From Polyangiales bacterium (lineage in GTDB: Bacteria > Myxococcota_A > Polyangia > Polyangiales > Ga0077539), in assembly GCA_044229975.1 (NCBI GenBank), contig JBGARZ010000005.1, positions 64,001 to 128,000 on the forward strand: DNA of 64,000 bases, given 5' to 3'. The notes beneath the pieces are model-generated. The model did not search any database, was not told the DNA's origin, and saw only the letters and a program-made list of their open reading frames with translations. Below, in pieces: positions 59,220 through 64,000 of this stretch; positions within the stretch are counted from its first letter, which is position 1, and every line of letters begins with the position of its first letter. A program made the position numbers and the translations under genes.

Positions 59220-59243
59220 CGACAAGCCTGAGGGAGAGACCCG

Positions 59244-61985
59244 GTGATGATTCGACGAAGGCTCGGTCTGGGGGTGGCGCTGCTCGCGCTCGTCGGCTGT
59301 GACGACATCTCGGTGGTCGGCAGCGACTCCGGTCCCCCCGATGTCCCCTCGGTCGATGTCGCCCTCGAAGATGTCCCGGTCGCCAAGGACGCAGGCTTCG
59401 ATGTCGGCTTCGATGTGGGGTTCGACGTCGGCTTCGACCTGGGCACGCCCGACACGGGCCCGATGCTGGAGTGCCGCGCGTCCGCTGACTGCGCCACGGC
59501 GCCCGGCGGCCCGGTGTGCGACCTCGCAAGCAACCGCTGCGTGCGCTGCACCGCCACCGAAGACGTCTGCGCCGTCGGAACCTACTGCGCGTCCAACGCG
59601 TGCGTTCCTGGCTGTCGCGGCGCGGCCGACTGCTCGGGCACCTCGGTCTGCGACGTCGCCTCGCACACCTGCGTCGGCTGCACCGTCGACACCGACTGCG
59701 CGATCGGAACCATCTGCCGCGCCAACGCCTGCGTCCCCGGCTGCGGACCTGGGCGCGCGTGCGGCGCGGGCTCGACCTGTTGCGGGACGAGCTGCGTCAA
59801 CACCGACTCCGACGTCGCCCACTGCGGCGCCTGCGCGACGGCCTGCGCCGCGGGCTCGGTCTGCTGCACCGGCGCGTGCGCCAACCCGACCAGCGACGCC
59901 ACGCACTGCGGCGCCTGCGGAACGCGCTGCACCGCCGCCAACGGCACCGGCGTCTGCACGGCGGGCGCGTGCGCCGTCGGCACCTGCAACCCGGGCTTCG
60001 GCGACTGCGACGGCAACGCGGCCAACGGCTGCGAGGTGGACCTCACCACGTCCGCCGCCAACTGCGCGACCTGCGGCAACGTGTGCCCCGCGCGCGCCAA
60101 CGCGGCGGCCACCTGCGCCGGGTTGACCTGCGGCATCGCGTGCAGCGCGGGATTCGGCAACTGCGACGCCAACGCCGCTAACGGCTGCGAGGTCGCGCTC
60201 TCCACGTCGGTCTCCAACTGCGGAGCGTGCGGCAACACCTGCATCGTCCCCAACGCGACGGCCGCGTGCGTGGGCGGGGCGTGTGGGGTGGGCGCATGCA
60301 CCACGGGCTTCGGCAACTGCGACGGCTCGGTGGCCAACGGCTGCGAGGTCACCACCACGTCGAACACCGCCCACTGCGGCGCGTGCAACAACCGCTGCGC
60401 CGCGGGCGAGAGCTGCATCGCGGGCGCGTGCACGCTGGTGTGCTCGACCCCGGCCATCGCGTGCGGGGCGAGCTGCGTCGACCCGCGCACCGACCTCAAC
60501 CACTGCGGCGACTGCGGCAGGGTGTGCCCCGCGACCCCGGCCAACGGCGCCGGAACGTGCGCGGCAGGATCGTGCTCGCTCACGTGCAACCGCGGCTTCG
60601 CCGACTGCGACACGACGGTGGCCAACGGCTGCGAGATCAACCTGCTGTCGGCGGTCGACGGCTGCGGGGCCTGCGGGCGGGTGTGCTCGTTCGCCAACGC
60701 CGCACGGAGCTGCGTCAACGCGGCGTGCGAGCTGGGCGCGTGCACTGCTGGCTTCGGCAACTGCGACGGCGCACCGGCCAACGGCTGCGAGGTCGAGCTC
60801 AACACCACCGCCAACTGCGGGGCGTGCGGTCGGGCCTGCGCGCTGGCCAACGCCACGGCGGCGTGTACCGCGGGCGCTTGCGCGGTGGCGGCCTGCACGA
60901 CGGGTTACGGCAACTGCGACGGCGCGGCGGCCAACGGGTGCGAGACGGACACCCGGACGAGCTCGCTGCACTGCGGAGCGTGCGGGCGGGCATGCGCCGC
61001 GGGGCAGGCGTGCGCGGCCGGGACGTGCGTGGCGATGTGCGCGCGGCCGACGGCGTTCTGCGCGGGCGGGTGCGTGACGCTGGCGACGGACGCGGCGAAC
61101 TGCGGCGCGTGCGGGGTGCGCTGCGGCGCGGGCGAGGTCTGCGCGAGCGGTGATTGTGTGGGCGCGCCTCCGGCCAACGACACGGTGGCGACGGCCACGC
61201 CGCTCGACCTGTCGCAGCCGACGGTGACGTTTACGGCGAGCACCGAGAACGCGACGAGCGACGTGGTGACGCCGTGCCTCGGCAGCAACGCCAACCGCGG
61301 CGGCGACGTCTTCTATCGGCTCACGCTGACGCAGCGCGAGCTCGTGTACGCCGACACCTTCGGCGGCGGGACCTACGACAGCGCGCTCTTCTTCGCCAAC
61401 GCGGCGGGAGTGGCGGTGACGGCGAGCCGCACGCCGGGCGACACGGTCTGCAACGACGACGCGGATGGTCCGTGCCCGGGCGTGGGCAACAGCGCGATGG
61501 TGGTCACGGTGCTCGATCCGGGCGTCTGGTACCTCGTGGTGACGGGCTACGGGTCGAGCCGGGGGACGGCTCCGGTGCACTTCGAGCACCTGCCCGCGGG
61601 CGCTGGTGTGCTCGCGGCGCTGACGGCGGGAACGAGCGCGACCGTGACGGGCGTGCTGGCGACGACGCCACCTGTAGGCGCAGTGACCAGCGGCACGTGC
61701 GGCGGCGCGGGACTGGAGAATGCGTACTGGTGGCGGACGTGTCCCGCGGCGCTCACGGCGACGCTCACGGCGCAGACGTGCGCGGGCGCGGCCTTCGACA
61801 CGGTGCTGCACGCGGCGCACGGCGACGGGACGCGGGCGTGCAACGACAACGGCGGAGGGAGCTGCGGGGCGCAGTCGTCGCTGACGTCGACGTACCCGCG
61901 GCTGGCGCGGCTGCACGCGCTGTACGTCGACGCCTTCGCGACGGGCACGGGCGGCGCGTACACGGTGCGGTACGCGCGACCGTAG
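59244..61985 (+). CDS. large Cys-rich repeat lipoprotein
   Basis: LVGC lipobox; repeated GFGNCDG..ANGCE and NCGACG units; two C-terminal beta domains. Confidence 0.88.
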   Translation: MMIRRRLGLGVALLALVGCDDISVVGSDSGPPDVPSVDVALEDVPVAKDAGFDVGFDVGFDVGFDLGTPDTGPMLECRASADCATAPGGPVCDLASNRCVRCTATEDVCAVGTYCASNACVPGCRGAADCSGTSVCDVASHTCVGCTVDTDCAIGTICRANACVPGCGPGRACGAGSTCCGTSCVNTDSDVAHCGACATACAAGSVCCTGACANPTSDATHCGACGTRCTAANGTGVCTAGACAVGTCNPGFGDCDGNAANGCEVDLTTSAANCATCGNVCPARANAAATCAGLTCGIACSAGFGNCDANAANGCEVALSTSVSNCGACGNTCIVPNATAACVGGACGVGACTTGFGNCDGSVANGCEVTTTSNTAHCGACNNRCAAGESCIAGACTLVCSTPAIACGASCVDPRTDLNHCGDCGRVCPATPANGAGTCAAGSCSLTCNRGFADCDTTVANGCEINLLSAVDGCGACGRVCSFANAARSCVNAACELGACTAGFGNCDGAPANGCEVELNTTANCGACGRACALANATAACTAGACAVAACTTGYGNCDGAAANGCETDTRTSSLHCGACGRACAAGQACAAGTCVAMCARPTAFCAGGCVTLATDAANCGACGVRCGAGEVCASGDCVGAPPANDTVATATPLDLSQPTVTFTASTENATSDVVTPCLGSNANRGGDVFYRLTLTQRELVYADTFGGGTYDSALFFANAAGVAVTASRTPGDTVCNDDADGPCPGVGNSAMVVTVLDPGVWYLVVTGYGSSRGTAPVHFEHLPAGAGVLAALTAGTSATVTGVLATTPPVGAVTSGTCGGAGLENAYWWRTCPAALTATLTAQTCAGAAFDTVLHAAHGDGTRACNDNGGGSCGAQSSLTSTYPRLARLHALYVDAFATGTGGAYTVRYARP

Positions 61986-62118
61986 GGGCTGACCACGTCG
62001 TGGTTGCGGGCGATAGCCGTCTTGAACGGCGGTCCTGAGGATATGGAACACAGCGGAGCCCGCCGGAGCGGGCGAAGGCGCGTTGACCGGTCCGGTTTCG
62101 GCGAGCACTCTGGGCGTC

Positions 62119-62334
62119 ATGGCTGCCGCGCGCGATGACTTCTCGTGGGTGCCCCGCTACCCCGCCCCGGTGACGTTGGCGGACGTGCCAGAGCACCTGC
62201 GCGACAACCCGCTGGTGTTGGCGGTCCTCGCGATGTCGCCCGACGAAGAGGCCACGCTCGAACGCACGGCGCGCAGCGACGAGGCCGACGACCCCGAGAC
62301 GGTCGCTATGCTCCTGGCAGACGCGCGCCGGTGA
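62119..62334 (+). CDS. small acidic protein, possible antitoxin
   Basis: 71-aa ORF whose TGA overlaps a GTG (GTGA) of the next gene. Confidence 0.5.
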   Translation: MAAARDDFSWVPRYPAPVTLADVPEHLRDNPLVLAVLAMSPDEEATLERTARSDEADDPETVAMLLADARR

Positions 62335-62709
62335 TCGTCGACGCGGGGGGCGTCGTCGCCGGCTAACCCCTTCATCGCTCGGCGGTATGGCCGGGTCCCG
62401 CTCTGCGACGCGGTGGCGATTGGCCCGTGCTTCGAGCGCGCGGCCCAGCTCGCGGGCGCGGTGCTGGCGGACGAGCCCGCCGCGGTGTTCTACGCGCTCG
62501 CTTCCAAACGCCGGGCTTTCCCGTTTGCCTGGAAGCTCATGGCGCGCCTCACGGCGGGCATCCAGGCGACGACCAACGGCCTCGCGCTCGACGCGCTGCT
62601 GGAAGACCTCGACGCGCTCTGCGTGGAGGTGCTCTACCAACGCGCGACCTGGCCGGATGTGCGGGCGTGGTTCGCGGCGAGACAGCGTCCGCCGACGTCG
62701 ACTCCCTGA
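62331..62709 (+). pseudogene. frameshifted, degenerate Doc/Fic-like protein
   Basis: GTG frame stops at 62364-62366 and the +1 frame continues to 62709; helix pattern PAAVFYALA...NGLAL...VRAWF resembles Doc. Confidence 0.4.
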
Positions 62710-62740
62710 ACGGCGTCCGAGTTAGCGATGGAGGTCGCTG

Positions 62741-64000
62741 CTACGTCGGCCCCAACAGCGGCTGCGTCAGCCGCTCGCCCATCTCGCCCGGGATGGTCAG
62801 CCGCTCGCCCGTGCGCTGCGCCGCGATGTCGTCGAAGTACTTCTTCTCGTACTCGCCGACGAACACCGTGTAGCGCGAGGTGATCGCCAGCAGGTGATAG
62901 AAGAAGTCCATGTCCTCCTGCGAGAGGAACGCCCCGCACAGCGCATATCCGAGCCAGCTCGCCTTCACCATCACGAGCATGTAGCGAGCCTCGGTCCACT
63001 GCTTCTTGTGGATGCGCTCCATGCGCATCTCGCACCAGCTCGCGACCACCCAGCACATGATGACCAGGTAGAGCCAGATGCCGAGGCCCACCACGCCCTG
63101 CTCGCCCAGCAATTGGTAGAACGACGAGTGCGCCACGTGGATGTCGTTGGGCACCGGCGCGTACTGCCGAAACCGCACGAGGAAGTTGCCGCTGCCGATG
63201 CCCCAGAGCGGGCGGTCCTTCGCCATGTTGCGCGCGGCGGCCCACGCGTTGAGGCGGCCGATGGCGCTCGCGTCATTCTGTGATGCGCGGCCGATCGTCA
63301 TGAAGCGCGCCGTCACCTCCGTCGGGAGGTTGGCCAGACCGACGAGCGCCACCATCACACCGACCACCACCAGCCAGCGCTTGTGGTGCAGTCGGTAGAG
63401 GAGATAGCCGCCGACGGCGCCGAGCCCCAGCATGCCGCCGCGCGAGAGGCTGAGGAGGATGGTGATGGCGAGCGGGAGGATCCAGAACCACGCGAAGGCC
63501 CGCACGAACATGCGCTTGGCCGTGAGCCCCAGCATGAACAGGAAGGGCACGGTCATCACCATGGTCATCGCCATCTCGTTGCGATCACCGGTGGCCCCTT
63601 CGAAGTTGTTCTCGTTGAGGTGGAATTTCCCCCAGCAGAAGCGCACCGCCACGGTGATGCTGGCGATGGAGATGGCCCAGTACAGCTCGCGCAGGTGCGC
63701 GTCGTTGCGCATGAACGCGCAGATCAAATAGTACTGGAGCAGCATCTTGTAATAGTTGTCGATCTGCACCAGCCCCGGGCCGAAGCAGGGGGCGTGCAGC
63801 ACCGAGTTCACGACGCTCATGAACAGGAAGAAGATCGCCCAGTGGAAGCGGTCGGACGTGAGCCGATACCGCTTGTAGAAGATGAGCAGCAACCCGAGCG
63901 CCACCGCGTAGTAGGTGATGGAGAAGCGCACCGTCTCCATCCCGAACTCGATGAACTCGTCGCCCGGTCGGATGGTGTCGCAGGCGACCATCCCGAACAC
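62741..64000 (-). CDS. O-antigen ligase/polymerase family protein, 5'-partial
   Basis: GDRNE, SLSRGG, SAIGRLNAW, GIGSGNF, AHSSFYQLLGEQG. Confidence 0.88.
   Translation of the reverse strand: MFGMVACDTIRPGDEFIEFGMETVRFSITYYAVALGLLLIFYKRYRLTSDRFHWAIFFLFMSVVNSVLHAPCFGPGLVQIDNYYKMLLQYYLICAFMRNDAHLRELYWAISIASITVAVRFCWGKFHLNENNFEGATGDRNEMAMTMVMTVPFLFMLGLTAKRMFVRAFAWFWILPLAITILLSLSRGGMLGLGAVGGYLLYRLHHKRWLVVVGVMVALVGLANLPTEVTARFMTIGRASQNDASAIGRLNAWAAARNMAKDRPLWGIGSGNFLVRFRQYAPVPNDIHVAHSSFYQLLGEQGVVGLGIWLYLVIMCWVVASWCEMRMERIHKKQWTEARYMLVMVKASWLGYALCGAFLSQEDMDFFYHLLAITSRYTVFVGEYEKKYFDDIAAQRTGERLTIPGEMGERLTQPLLGPT

Noticed and set aside
59390..59440. DVGF x3 repeat
   Set aside because: Ordinary low-complexity lipoprotein linker
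1..64000. tRNA, rRNA, transposase or prophage genes
   Set aside because: None recognisable by eye; a covariance-model scan would be needed to exclude small RNAs

Overview
High-GC bacterial chromosomal segment. The gene content is typical of Myxococcota/Polyangia-like deltaproteobacteria: Cys-rich repeat lipoproteins, zinc-ribbon/TPR proteins, an ECF sigma cassette, a Hanks kinase and a split atpZ-I-B-E operon. That taxonomic placement is inference. Core genes include atpE/atpB, uvrC, hutH, pssA, gmk, yicC and an mlaC-like gene. Two accessory features stand out. (1) At 4730-9245 is a minus-strand integron-type cassette array: seven 91-bp attC-like sites, a candidate attI and seven small cassettes. 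There is no integrase, and the divergent slot where intI normally sits holds a non-recombinase hypothetical gene behind 42-bp repeats. (2) At 49033-52217 is a translationally coupled pair of unusual NAD-metabolism fusions: NadE plus a 2OG-Fe(II) oxygenase, and a eukaryote-like NMN adenylyltransferase plus a PRTase-like motif. A NADAR gene and an orphan tandem BrxD-like ATPase lie nearby. The window also holds two related long inverted-repeat elements, a presenilin/SPP-like GxGD protease candidate and a disrupted Doc-like toxin-antitoxin-type pair. All calls come from motif recognition by eye; no database searches were run.
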